64,000 bases of DNA. It comes from Callorhinchus milii. Lineage: Eukaryota. Shown here piece by piece: positions 1-13,100 of the stretch; position 1 is the first letter of the stretch; every line of letters starts with the position of its first letter. The notes under the pieces were generated by a model. That model was not told where the DNA came from. It saw only the letters and a list, made by a program, of their open reading frames with translations, and made no database searches. The translations under genes and the position numbers were made by a program. The stretch covers positions 49,230,001 to 49,294,000 of the forward strand of contig NW_024704742.1 in NCBI RefSeq assembly GCF_018977255.1, in the 5' to 3' direction.

Positions 1-83
1 ACCATTTCAATGTTTTGCAGTTAGAAGTACTCACACTAAAGCAGTAAACTCTTCCCTCTTTTGTTCTGACAGTGGCAAAAGCT

Positions 84-1272
84 CTGTCTCCGATCCGGCT
101 TCCGCGCTGCCCATAGCACCACTTTGTTGCCTCTAACGGTTTCTCCTCCAGCCCCCGCACTATCACGTCTGGCGTCCCCAGGGCTCTGTCCTTGGCCCTC
201 TCCTCTTTAATATCTACATGCTCCCTCTTGGTGACATCATCCGCAGACATGGGGTCAACTTCCATATAAATGCGGATGACACCCAATATCTTTCTGCTTC
301 CACCCTCAACTCCAGGACCACTGCTGTCCTGACAGACTGCCTGTTGGACATCAAGTCCTGGATGAGGGCAAATTACCCACCGTTGAATGTGAACAAGACT
401 GAGGCCCTCCTGATTGGCTCACGCCAGCGCCTCAGCACCTCAGGCTCTGGCAACATCAACCTCCATGGTTGCACACTACAACTCACCAGCCAGTCAGGAA
501 CCTGGGTGTCTTGTTCGACCCTCAACTGTCTTTTCTTCCCCACATCCAAGCCATAACTCGCTCTGCCTTCCTTCACCTCCGTAACATCGCCCGACTCCGC
601 CACTACCTCACCCCTCAGGCCGCTGAAACTCTTGCTCATGTCTTCATCACCTCCAGGTTCGACTATGCAAACGCCGTTTGTCGGCCTTCCCAACTCTTCC
701 CTCCACAGGCTGCACATAATCCAGAACTCAAATGCAAGGATTATTATTATTAACTCTGCAGCCCGTGTCCTCTCTTGCACCAAACTCCGTGACCCCATCT
801 CCCCCACTCTCGCCTGACTCCATTGGCTCCCTATCCTTCAGAGGATCCAGTTTAAGATCCTGGTCCTCACATACAAAGCCCTCCAATGGCCTCATCCCAC
901 CCTACCTCTGCGACCTCCTAAAACCCTACCAACCCACCAGTTCCCTCTGCTCAGCCGGCTCTGGCCTGCTCCATGTCCCCCGACCAACCCGACCCACCCA
1001 CCCCCCCTTCATCCACTCTGCCCCCAACCTCTGGAATTCCACCCCCCAGTCACTCCACTTCGCCCCCTCCTTAGCCTCCTTCAAGTCCCGCCTCAAGACC
1101 CTCCTCTTCGACCATGCCATCGGTCACCCCCCCTTCCCTTCCCCTCTCCTCCCTTCTCCCTCCTGACCCCAGCTTGGGTCTGAAATGCTGTACACTGTCC
1201 AGCACCTTGAGACGTCCTCCCGACGTGAAAGACGTTATACAAATGTAATCTTGTTGTTGTTGTTGTTGTTGT
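84..1272 (+). mobile_element. L2-clade LINE, 5'-truncated, frameshifted RT C-terminus plus 3' UTR and (GTT)n tail
   Basis: SGFRAAHST remnant, then an internal deletion, then GVPQGS-like, [12 protein letters not shown] and RNLGVLFD pieces in shifting frames; (GTT)n at about 1252-1272. Confidence 0.9.
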
Positions 1273-1367
1273 CTGACATTACCTTGCATTCTTATTTTTA
1301 ATCATCTTTCAATGATGGGGACCAAAATGAGGCTTGTCTTTAACAAATGAAATACACGGCTGAAATT

Positions 1368-1720
1368 TGTAGTACTCTCACCTCTGAGTCAGAAGGTTTA
1401 GGGTTGAAGGCCCACATCCAGATTTTGAATTCACATAGTTTAGGCTAATACTCTCGTACACTGTTGGGGGTGTTGCTGCACTGTTGGAGGTGCTGTACTT
1501 CGGATGAGAGGTTAAACCAAAGTCACTTCTACCTGATCAGGTGAATGTTTAAGATCCTATGGCACTATTTGGGCAAAGAAGGGAGTTTCCCAGGTTCAAG
1601 GCCTACAATCCCCCAAATAAAACTGGTCATTCTCGTTCACTCATGGCTATTTGTAGGATGTTGCTGTGTGCAAAATTAGTTTTTGTGTTTTGCTTACATT
1701 ACACTTTACAGTAAAATATG
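1368..1720 (+). mobile_element. Old SacSINE1/Deu-type tRNA-derived SINE
   Basis: ctctgagtcagaagg...ggatgagaggttaaacc...aagatcctatggcactattt...gctgtgtgcaaaattag; similar copies at 26935, 32835 and 45610. Confidence 0.75.
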
Positions 1721-2019
1721 TAATGATTCTCCACCCAAAGCTCAGGTTTGTTAATACATTTCTTTATTATCAACTTAATGCACTAACTATAATTACACTG
1801 ATTTGTTCTACTCCCAGTGTCCTTTTGTACTTCCTGACTTTATCTCATTGGCTTTCTTAATTGCTCTTAAAAGGATATCCTCCAAAATCCTGTGAAGTGC
1901 TTTGAGACATCCTCCTGATGTGAAAGGTGGTATACCGAATGCTATGATTTTTTTTAGTATTAGATAGTTATAATAATATTATTATTAGAGGATAGTCACA
2001 CTACGTGTTGTGTGCCTAA

Positions 2020-3795
2020 GAGATGAAGGAGACAAACTTAGAATGAAGAATGATGAAATGACAGTGATACTAAATAAATACTGTGCCTCAGTTTTCACAG
2101 AGGAAGTGTATTTGGGGAAATTAAATCACCATAAGTGAATCCAGAACAGTTGATGGATGTTATTATTCAAACAGAAATGATATAGCAGGAGTTATTTAAA
2201 CTTAAGCTGGACAAATGATGATTTACATTCAAGGATCCCTAGGGAAAAAAAATCAGGAAAAAATAGCAGTCTCTGACTATAATTTCTCAAAATTATGTAG
2301 AAAGTAAAATTGGGTCAGAGGACTGTAGGATAGCAAATGTGACACACTCTTCAAAAAGGAGACAACAACAACAAGATTACATTCGTATAACGTTTTTCAT
2401 ATTGGGAGGACGTCCTAAGACGCTGGACAGTGTACAGCATTTCAAACCCGAGCTGGGGTTGGGGGGGGTCAGGGGGAAGGGGATGGCCGATGGTATGGTC
2501 AAAGAGGAGAGTTCTTGAGGCAGGACTTGAAGGAGGCTAAGGAGGGGGTGAGGCGGAGTGACTGGGGGATGGAATTCCAGAGGCAGAGTGGCTGAAGACT
2601 CTCCCGCCAATGGTGGGGCGGGTGGGTTGGGGACGTGGAGCAGGCCAGAGCCGGCTGAGTGGAGGGAGAGGGCGGATTGGTAGGGTTTAGGGGGTCGCAG
2701 AGGTAGGGTGGGGCGAGGCCATGGAGGGCTTTGTATGTGAGGACCAGGATCTTGAACTGGATCCTCTGAAGGATAGGGAGCCAATGGAGTCGGGCGAGAG
2801 TGGGGGGAAGATGGGGGTCACGGAGTTTGGTGCGGGAGAGGACACGGGCTGCAGAGTTCCGGATTATCTGCAGCCTGTGGAGGGAAGAGTTGAGAAGGCT
2901 GACAAGCAGGGAATTGCATAGTCGAGCCTGGAGGTGATGAAGGCATGAAGATAGGGATTAGCCAGTAAATTATCAGGATCTAAAATATGGGATAAAGTAC
3001 TAAAGATTTGGAGAGAAACAAGATAACTAGTCAATACAGTTCCCTAAAAATCTTGAATATTACTGCACCCATTATATAATTCAGTCCATCGAGTTTATGA
3101 TAGTTGTTTGAAAGAGTGATCATTTCAGTTTTACTGTCCTGCCCCTTCACTACACCCTTTCTTATTTTTCTTTTCTAATTCCCTATTAAAAACTGTTGAT
3201 TGTTAGCTATTTAATTGTGCAGCTTCCTATGTAGTCTCAACACTGCATAACTGACTGCGGTCTTTTGCGACCTAAAATTGCAGAAGACTATAGGAGAATA
3301 TAGATAGACCAGCATGGTAGGCATATAGATGAAGTTCAAAATAGAGAAACAAAAGTATTCCATTGTGGAAGATTTACTTGTAGATTATTATCATGAGGGG
3401 ATTCTGATATAAAGAGAGGTATGAGAAGTCTGGGCTGTTTTCATTAGAGCTGAGAAAGAAGAGTCTCTAGGATTACAAAGAGGTTTATGATAGGATAAAT
3501 CGCAATAGATTATTTCAATTGACTGCAAGTCAGTAACAAAGGACAGAAAATTAAAATGAACATAAAAACCATTAGAGGCTAGACAAGGATTAACACAGTG
3601 GATGGTTGGTATATGAAAATCATTGCCACAAAAGATTGTGGAAGCAGATTCGGATAAATTCTTCATGAAAGGAATCAGATGTTTCAAAATCAGGAATATG
3701 GAGAATGGGGTCATGGGATTGAACTAGTTGGCTCATGTGGAGAAAATTATCACAGACTTAATGGGCCAAATAATTCATTTCTGTACTATAATTAT
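2020..3795 (+). mobile_element. Highly decayed CR1 LINE fragments, interrupted by a younger L2
   Basis: Remnants resembling ILNKY.ASVFT and RIANVT.LFKKG before 2360; CR1-like 3' region at about 3290-3795. Confidence 0.65.
2362..2950 (-). mobile_element. L2 3' fragment nested in CR1
   Basis: (CAA)n tail at 2362; reverse complement of the 650-1270 region. Confidence 0.9.
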
Positions 3796-4082
3796 AACAA
3801 TTGTTACATTTTATAACAAAGATCTACCATTAGTTTGCTTTAACTGGAAAACTACTTTCATCTACTTAATTAAAGGTATTTTGTTAGGTTATGAAGGTAA
3901 TTACATTATAAAGGCAAGGAATTACAAAGGAAACATACATATCCTGTAATCCAAATTAAATCAGATTGACTATTACAAGCCATCCATATAACACAGTAAC
4001 TTTTTCTACAAATTAATATTGATAAAAACATAAAACTGTCACCAAAAAATCATATGGAAGATGCACATTGCAGAACACAAAC

Positions 4083-4167
4083 CTTCTGTAGCAAACATCT
4101 CTAAATGATTCAAAGTCATTTCCTTGTATTTTGATTTCTCAGATAGACGTTCATAAATGACATTATC
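4083..4167 (-). CDS. ATP8A1: ATP8A exon, 85 nt, [28 protein letters not shown](G)
   Basis: tttttacag|GATAAT...GAAG|gtttgt. Confidence 0.96.
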
Positions 4168-7100
4168 CTGTAAAAAGAAATCAAGATGGAAATTGATACA
4201 ATGAAATCACACAATATTATTTAATTAAATATTGCATTACTTCGAGCTTCTAGTGGCAGTAAATGGATGTAGGAAAATCTGATACTATATAAAGGCTCAA
4301 GATTAAACACACAAACACACACACAACAATGTTCATTTTACCAAGGAACATTTAGATTTGTGAAGATTCAAATGATCAATTTAAATAGAAAGACTCTACA
4401 GCAGATTCTCAAAGAATTAGTTCTGGTTGGTAACCTTCTTACATCAATTGGTGTCATAAGAGATCTTCAGGTTCCTTTACATGCAGTTATTAGGTATAAG
4501 TGCTGAATTTACTTTGGAAAGTTTTCAAAGCTCTCTAAAAAGATAATTCTAGATTTCAGCAGGAGAAACTAGATTTTACATTTGAAACCTGTGGTTCTGA
4601 ACATTGAGTTGGCTATAAGCAATTCCAAAATAATAAACAAGGGATTGAAATTAAAAACCGCACTGATATTCCAATAAAACCACTGATAACTTGAGATTTC
4701 TGATGCTCACTGCAACACATGATGCAGAGAAGCAGACAGGAAGATTACATTCCTGACCTCAGTGGCCCAATTCTGCGGAGAAGTGCTATACATTAGCTGG
4801 GATACAACAGGTAAAAATGAGATTGGGCTTGGTCGCAATGCACCCCCTCAATTACCCATGATAAAATAACTTGTTGACACATATTATCTGGGCTCACAAC
4901 ATCCTAATAGGGAACTGCACATATTACTGTACTGAGTTTATATAACAAGAATAACTCGCACTTTTATAGTGCCTTCCACTCAGGATAGCATCTCAGAGCT
5001 CTTGTCAGTGGCAGAGCCTGACTGCAAGCTGGGGGGGAGGTGACCGTAAGCACAGCTGAAAAGGAAGGTTTTCAGCTGGGACTTGGAAAAGGGGAAAGGG
5101 GGCAAGGCAGAGGGATTGAGGGAGAGTGTTCCAGAGTTTATAATAGGGGAAATTGTTGCAATGTGGGCAAATGTAGAGTAGGAATGGGAGAGGGAGCCGG
5201 GAAAATGGGAGTTCAGACCGCATTAAATGTGCTGGAATCCCACTCCTGAGCTACCTGGAGCAATGTGAGATACAGTTCACACTCACACTGTATAAACAGG
5301 GCAGGTGCTAAACGCAATGAACTCACTCTCCCAAGTGAGAGACAAAACATCCAAGCCCTTTTTTGATAATATTGCAGAGTGAACACTGAGATGGTTTGTA
5401 ACCAATTTTTACTTTTTTTAAATCATTGGCTAACACTGCTAACTGTAGTAAATAGCATGACCACTCCTTCCAAGGCTAGCAGAAAAATGAGATAATGATG
5501 GATTATTCTCCACTGTTTTGGAGCAGAAATAGATATTTAAAGACACCCAAATCGTGCCTCATCTCCAAACCTGGATCACACAGAAAATCCACTTCTTCAA
5601 CTGAAAAACACCCTTCAAATGACCCCACTATTGAGCCACAAACATCTGCAACAGCATTTGTATAACTTTTATTCTAATAAAAGGTTGTGCTGAGCTTCTT
5701 GCAGATTCATCACCAATGCAATGTTTGCAGTACCTCAATCCTACATTAATATTTATATGGGAGGCAGGAGAGAACTGACAACATTGTGCACATGACAAAG
5801 ATTTAAGCATAAACACCCACGGCTTCACTTTCACAAAAGCATTATTTTCTGTGAGCATGACTGGTGATTTTGCTCCCACAGAAATGTCATGTTGCATGTG
5901 AAATATTTCAACATGTTTTACTCAACACAGGGAGCCAGAAATCATGTCAAACCAACAGCAACAACCTCCCATTATTCATGCATCCTAATAGGGAGGAGAA
6001 ATAACCAAATATATATCAATAGTGGTGAGTATAAACTAATAAACTACTAATAATAAATGAACAGGACTGAACCACTTATAATCACAAGAGGGGTTCAGAT
6101 GAAGAATGGCCCTTGGTCCATCAGAACCCATCCTCACAGAATCCACATCCTGCAGCCTTTCCATTAAAGCATCAAGCTATTTCTTCGATAAATCCAGCAT
6201 CAAAACCTCTACCAACCTTCTCCTATTTCAGGTGTTAATTTATTTCTGGATAAAGAAATACTTTCCACAACCCTCTGTGAATAAAAGTTTTCTGATCTCA
6301 TTGCTAACCATCCCAAATCTAATTTTATGATTATTGCATGTTTTTTGGAAGGGCTCCCTCTTTCACAGGGAAGATTTCAACATGTAACTTATCAATTCCC
6401 TTCATTATTTTAAACACCTCAATCAGATCACTCCTTCACCTCCTCAATCAAAGGAAAATAACTCAAATCGTCCCAGCCTTTCATTCCAATCCTTGTGCCT
6501 GTCCTACAAATACCTTTCACAACTGTGGAAACATACACTCTTGTCCTGATGTCTCAGCACATCTGAAACTATTGTTCCGGGTTTACTTTCTCAGTACCAT
6601 TTAATATCATATACCTCTATAGAATCGCCTCTGAGTAATTTATTTTCAAGACTGAAGAACCCTCGCCTAACTAGCCATTCCTCACTGCTCACCACTGTAC
6701 ACTTCCTCAAAGACCCTTATGTCGCAGCGACCAGAATTGTATGCACATGTGGATAATATCAGGAATCCGAAGTCAATAGGTTGAGCAATATAGTGCCAGC
6801 ATCCTGTCTATTGCTACCTCACACTGTTTGGACATGGTGAGGAACTTGTCAATAAACACCTGAAGAACTCTTTCACATTCTCCCTTGGTAAATTCTACAC
6901 GTGCTTCCCATTTTTCTTCCATTTTTGTAAGTGTAGAACTTTAAAACCAGGGAACTGTCTTTTTTTGCAACCCTGATTTAAAGTTAAACGCAATATAATT
7001 TACATTGATAAAGCGCCTTTCACATCGGGAGGCCGTCTCAAAGCGCATGGAGCAGGGAGTACACATTAGTCTCACTTCCATCTGTTGGGAGAAGAGTGGC

Positions 7101-10100
7101 TTTGATCCCAGCCGTATATATATAGCATGGATCTCACTTATGGCAGGTAAGAGGTGCCTCATTTGGGGGAATATAACCAATATTCCACTCTTCTTATTAT
7201 GTACTCTCTCCTCTGTACATAATTCTGACCTGCTTGCATTTATGAAACTTGCTGCTTTGAGCCTTATCTTAACTACAAAAAGAATCCTGTAAACTGCAGA
7301 GTCCATTCTGTGCAATCTAATCTTTACCACAGATGTTTAGGTTAATTCGTTGACCAGTCAAAAAAATGTTCTTTCCCAATGAAGTAGTACAAAATGGCAC
7401 ATGTTCGGGTTTAGAAGCATTCATTGTCTGGAAATTGAACAAAAGCCATGTATCAGCTTCAGTGAACCAGGAGGCTTTCAGTTAAAACATCCAATACGTT
7501 GCTCACTCATGCGCAAGATCTTAAATGCCTCAGATTTAGTAGCTCAAAAAAACAAAATATGAACACATTGAAAAGGAAGTCGAAACAATTATTCACATGA
7601 ACAAAAAAGGCCAGACGAGCCTTGGTGTCTGCTGAACCCTGACATTTATTTATGTTTTGAAAATTTAAAAGGATCTTCACAGGGGTGGGGGTACGAGATA
7701 CTGATGAGTATGCTGAGATTATTGCAATTCCCTGTGAACCCTTGGGAGAGTTGAATTTCCACTGCAGCTCATCCGTCTATCATAACAGTTGCAAAATCTA
7801 TTCCTGCTGATTTTAAATTATTCCACCTTCCTCCGCCTCCTCCTCCTCAACTTCCTCAGGTGCGAGAGTGGGAAGAACAACCTGTTCCGAATCTCTGCAG
7901 ATTCCATACTGTAAATAGTTACCGCAAGATCTCTCTTCAACTCAGCATCTCATTTGGGCTCAAAACTTCCTCATGAACATTAATCTCCCTACACAGTGTG
8001 GCGATACAGAGAAGAATTACCCACCAAAGGATAGAATCAGAGGAGGCAGCTACCATCTTACAAAGTGAGTTCAAGTGAGGATTTGCGCTTGATCACTGTG
8101 CAAATGAAATTCAATACAAATTAATCAAGACACTGCATATGGAAGAGCCGTACAAACTCCACAGACAGGACAGAATTTGCCAAGAGGAAAATTCAAAGAG
8201 ACACAGGAGTGTTATTTGACTCGTTGCTCATTATGTCTAAACAGCACGAGGTAACACAAACAAGGCAAATAAAATGTAAGCTATATTATCACATCAGTTG
8301 AGTTCAAGTCCTTCTCAAGCTGTTTAGTCTGCATTTTTTTTTGCTCCTTTCTCTCCACCTGACACACAGGGTCTAATCCTAATTTCCAGTTTATTTCACA
8401 GACTGGATTTAATCGATTCTAAAGCTTGTTGTTCACAAAGAAGTATCTCCAAAATTAGAGAGAGTCTTAAAATCAATGGTGTCTTAGATTTGCAGGCTTA
8501 TCTTTACGTCTCTATTGGAAAGGGGATATAAAGTAAATTCTTGCTGTGATGTATGGGCAAAGTTTGTAAGTGATTTTAGCATAACAGAATTTTCGTCATC
8601 ACACAAATACAGTGTAGATACAGTGTATCTATTTATGTATCAGTGTATGTATTTAAGTCAGTACTTAAATCTGTATTTTTAAATGATATTCAATGGAGAC
8701 TGATGGTGTTACTTACTGCAAAAACACTTTCTCTTCACAATTTCACTGTTAAAATTAAAACTCAGTGCATCAACTCAATCAAGCCCTTCATTCCCAGAAA
8801 CTCAACAACTTTTTACAGGACTTTAAAACCCAGATTTGGTATCAGCAGATCTAAACTCTTCACTGTGACTTATCCAGAGTCTCTCTTACACTTTTCTTTA
8901 GTGGTGGCTTAGCACATTGAGTCTTGGTTCTTGGTTTCTCAATAAAAGAAAAATATATATTCAGCCTCATTTTGCCAACCAAAATTCTGAAGCTAATAAT
9001 TAAAAGCTGCCCCTCGCCCATTGACTTGACTGATGACACTCAGCTGAAAATACTGAAAACAGAAAAGTTAATAACGTCTGCATCAAACACCACACCAATC
9101 AATTCAGCTCTTCTTGTTTGGAAACAGCGTTATCTCGATTACTTATTGAAACAAATTGGATAAAGCTTACCGCTCCTTTACAGTAAAGCCGCAGCTGCCC
9201 TGTTGGCGTTCTAACGATCACAGACATCCTTTTTCTTTCACTGGGTGAAGAAACAGCAGAAAAACACATTTTTAAAAATTAATCTGACATTTACTTTTCC
9301 AACAACATTTTGGATTCATATAAGGCCCTTCAAGCGGGGCAGCGTCTCAGAGTGCGTAATAGTGGAGGAGTGCTTAACAGTGACGGAGAGTTTAACAGTG
9401 GAGGAGCGCTTAACAGTGGCGGAGCCCGACACCGAGCCGGCGTCATTGGTTTCAAATGCAATGCAGTGTAACTGCGGTCCACCCGAGCCAGGCAGATACT
9501 GACGCCCTCACACACATATAGGTCAAGGAGCACAGGTTTATTAGCCTGGGTGGGGGGGGGTGGTGCGGTTCCAGGTAAATCTCAGCAGCTTCAACAGTGA
9601 CATACCACATTCCCCATCAATATACAGTCCCAGTGGATGCAGGTATCTGGGTTCGTGACCAGTGTCCTGCAACCTCTCGACATGCACCCGTCCTCACAAT
9701 CCCCCATCAGGTTGTCTACAATCGCCTGACCAGCCATGTGGCCTAGACTACTTTGTTGCCTGGCCCTCCAGGTTTGGGTTTTCTCTCTTGGCCATGAAGG
9801 GATTAAAGATCAGAATGAAGACGATATTAAAGATGAGCCACTGGAAGCCAGTGGAGTCCGGCAAGGGTACAGGGGAAAGAAAGAGGGTAATGGGTGTGTA
9901 GTACCTTGAGAGGGAGAGAATATGAGCTGAGAGTTTTGGGACAAGCTAGAGCTTGAAAGTCTGGTGAGGAGAGGATTGGAAAGGTCTAACTTCAAGGTAA
10001 CAAAAGCACAGACGAGAAGAGAATTTCAGCTGTGGAGGGGTTGAGATGGGGGCACAAGCAGACAATGTTCAGGTGATGGAATAAATGGTTTGGGTGAAGG

Positions 10101-13100
10101 CCCCGGAAGTAGGTTTCAACTAGAGCTACTGTTCTGAGGGGTTTCAATCAACACATCAAAAAAATTGAGAGTAATTTGACTTCAATGCGAATTTATCTCA
10201 AGTGGAATCAAATGCACTAAAGTACCTTTTCTCTGTATAAAATTGCTCAACATATACATCCTCAAAATACCATTTTTGATTGTGCTTTTTTAACAATAGG
10301 CTGAAGATTTTTTGGAAAAAAGAAGCTGAATGGCTTTCAGATTTTTGAAAAAAATAGTTTAGTTCAGAATGAGTTAAAGCTGAAGATTGAATTCTCGTCT
10401 GAAGCTTCAATAAATTTACTCCCTCCTGCTGACTCACACAAGCCAGGGTCATTTTCTTTTCTTTTCTGATGGGAAGCAAGCGCTGCACTATACCCGTGGG
10501 CAGAAATTGGAAGGAATTATCTGCAATGTCTGCCACCCACACAGAGAAGTGATTTACAACCCACTCTGTGTTCCACCAGCCAAAGCCTTACAGCAGGAAA
10601 GGGGATGTGTGATTCAAAAAAAAGGATACTTTGGAATATATTTCCAACACTTTTGATGTTCTGTTGTAATCATCACATTTATTTGAGTTCTCAGGCTCCA
10701 CACATACAGACACATGCACACACACACATACACACACGCACTAACACACACGTGCAAAATTTTTCATTAAAATATTGTTAAGAAATACATTTCCCATCAC
10801 TGATGGATTAAACAAGGATTCCCACAACTTCGAAAAGTACAGGAAGGCAGAACTTCATGTGAAGCAGATCGTCAGAAAATACATAGAATTATATCTCACT
10901 TTCAAACTGTGCTAAATTTGAAAGATACAGAATAAGAGATGCATTAGTCTGCAATAGAAATCCATTAGTCTCTAACTGAAGTAATGACAAAAAGTGAGAA
11001 ATAGGGAACCGAAAGTATACATGGTCTTGTCAGGAATGTAATTTTCATTACTCTGAGTAGAAGCTAACTCTTGGCCAATAACCCACTAGCCTCTAGCCTT
11101 AAATCAATCATAAGCACTCTGATGAGATTTTAGAGTGCTTTCCCAACAATCGTACGGAAAAAAAGGAATGGAGCTATTGTAAATTTATTGATCATAGACT
11201 TAGACTACTGCACCCAGCGGGATGACGAATGATTCTTACTTTCCAGACTGGTTGTCCACTTTTAAGGGTCATTAGCTGGTGCTTGTGATTCAAATTCATA
11301 ACATTATCATTGGAGGGGATTCAACAAAGACTATCATCACTGGAAGGGAATCTACGTCTCAAAACGTACCTGTTTGACTACGCTTGTGGTCAGATTTCTC
11401 CTCTCCTCAGCCCCCATTCTCAACGTGGGTGCCTATCAGGCACTGTTAAGCACTTTGAGGCGTTTTCCCCGTTATGAAAAGCGCTATACAAGTGTGAATT
11501 GTATTGTAATCACAGAAGAGCAATATCATTGAAGAGGATTCAGTGAAGAATATACAATATAAATTTACTTTTATAATGTGCCTTTCACACCGGGAGGATA
11601 TGCCAAAATGCTTTGATTCAGAGAAGCACATTATCATTCAAGAGGATTTAGAGAATAATAATAATCATTGCATTTTATATAGCGCCTTATCACGTTGTTA
11701 ATACGTCTCAAAGCGCTTCACAGAATATACTGTAAAGTGAATGGACTGTATTAAATTAAATTAATTAAAGAAGAGCAATAAGAACAATACTTGGGCTTGT
11801 TGGAGCTCCAAGTAATGAGGAGAGGCTCACAGAATAGAACCTAGGAATGAACAGGATTTTTAACTTTAAAATAATAAGGCATAAATAATACAAATGCAAG
11901 AAAGCTTTTTGACCCAGGGTTTGAGAGCAGAACTAGAGGGCAATAGTTTTAATGTCAGGAAGCCTTTCACAGAATTGGACATTAAAATATACGCAGTCAA
12001 TCCACTTTACAATATATTCTGTGAAGTGCTTTGACATGATAAGATGCTACATCGAATTCAAGCATTATTATTTTTATTATTCTCTGAATTCTCTTCAATG
12101 ATAATGATAACAATGATATTATTAAAATAAATGTAGAAGATAGACTTCATGATTGATTATCATTGGGTTCAGGGATTATTTATAAATTTGCTAAGAAGGT
12201 AAAGTGGGTGGGATGAAGCGCAGGTTAGGGGAGGTTTTCTGTAGCAGCAGCAATCGTGATCGACCGAATGGCCTTTTCTCATTCCATGCTCGTATTCAGT
12301 TGCTAAATTCAAACACCCACAATATTTTAGAATTGGCAATATTCAGTGACTTGGCTTCTGCCGCATCTGAACATAATCAAATTAAATGTGCAGGAGTAAA
12401 GCGAAGAGAGCTGCCTTATTAACTAAAATATCCAGATTAGCTGCTGGAAAAATGTTTTATATAGTGTTTGAAACAACTATGATGTTGATTCAGATGTGGT
12501 CCAGTGACACAGACTGCCTCTTAGGGGACCAGCAACATTGTAATATTTAGCAGTATCGTAAGATTTATCATCTGACTTTAGAATCCATGGATTGTTAGCT
12601 TCAAGTTTAACTGCAATTTAGAAACTGCAGCACTGTACTTGGTGTCTGCATGCAAAAACAATTAGTCCTTTTACATTTCAATCACCTGTCTTATGGGCAG
12701 ACAGCATCCTTTATTTTAGCAAGCAAGTAATAATCCTTGCATTTGTTCTAGCGCATTTCACATCGGGAGGACATCTCAAAGGGTTTTACAGGATTTTCTG
12801 TAAAGTGTAGACACATGGGAAGCAGTCGGGATATTGACAGCATGGCAACTTAAGCAGTAGTGACTAGTTAAGTCAGGGTCGAATTATCAGCAGTTTACTG
12901 TATAACAATTTAATAGGTCCCTATTTATAGGAAATAACTGAACTGAAGCAGAATACAGCGAGGGCAACACAATTCACGAATAAAGTCAAAAGATATAAAT
13001 GGTTCCATTATCAATACCCTCACCTTTAACTAGAAATTACACTTACAAGCATGAATTAGACATGCTTACTGAATCATCTGAGTTCCCTAGAACCTTCCCT

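Noticed and set aside
35..65. Minus-strand segment bounded by cag and gtgagt as the next ATP8A exon
   Set aside because: Only 31 nt and does not encode the expected GLRTLC continuation; that exon must lie outside the window.
9361..9432. CRISPR-like array
   Set aside because: Head-to-tail minisatellite without unique spacers, in a vertebrate intron.
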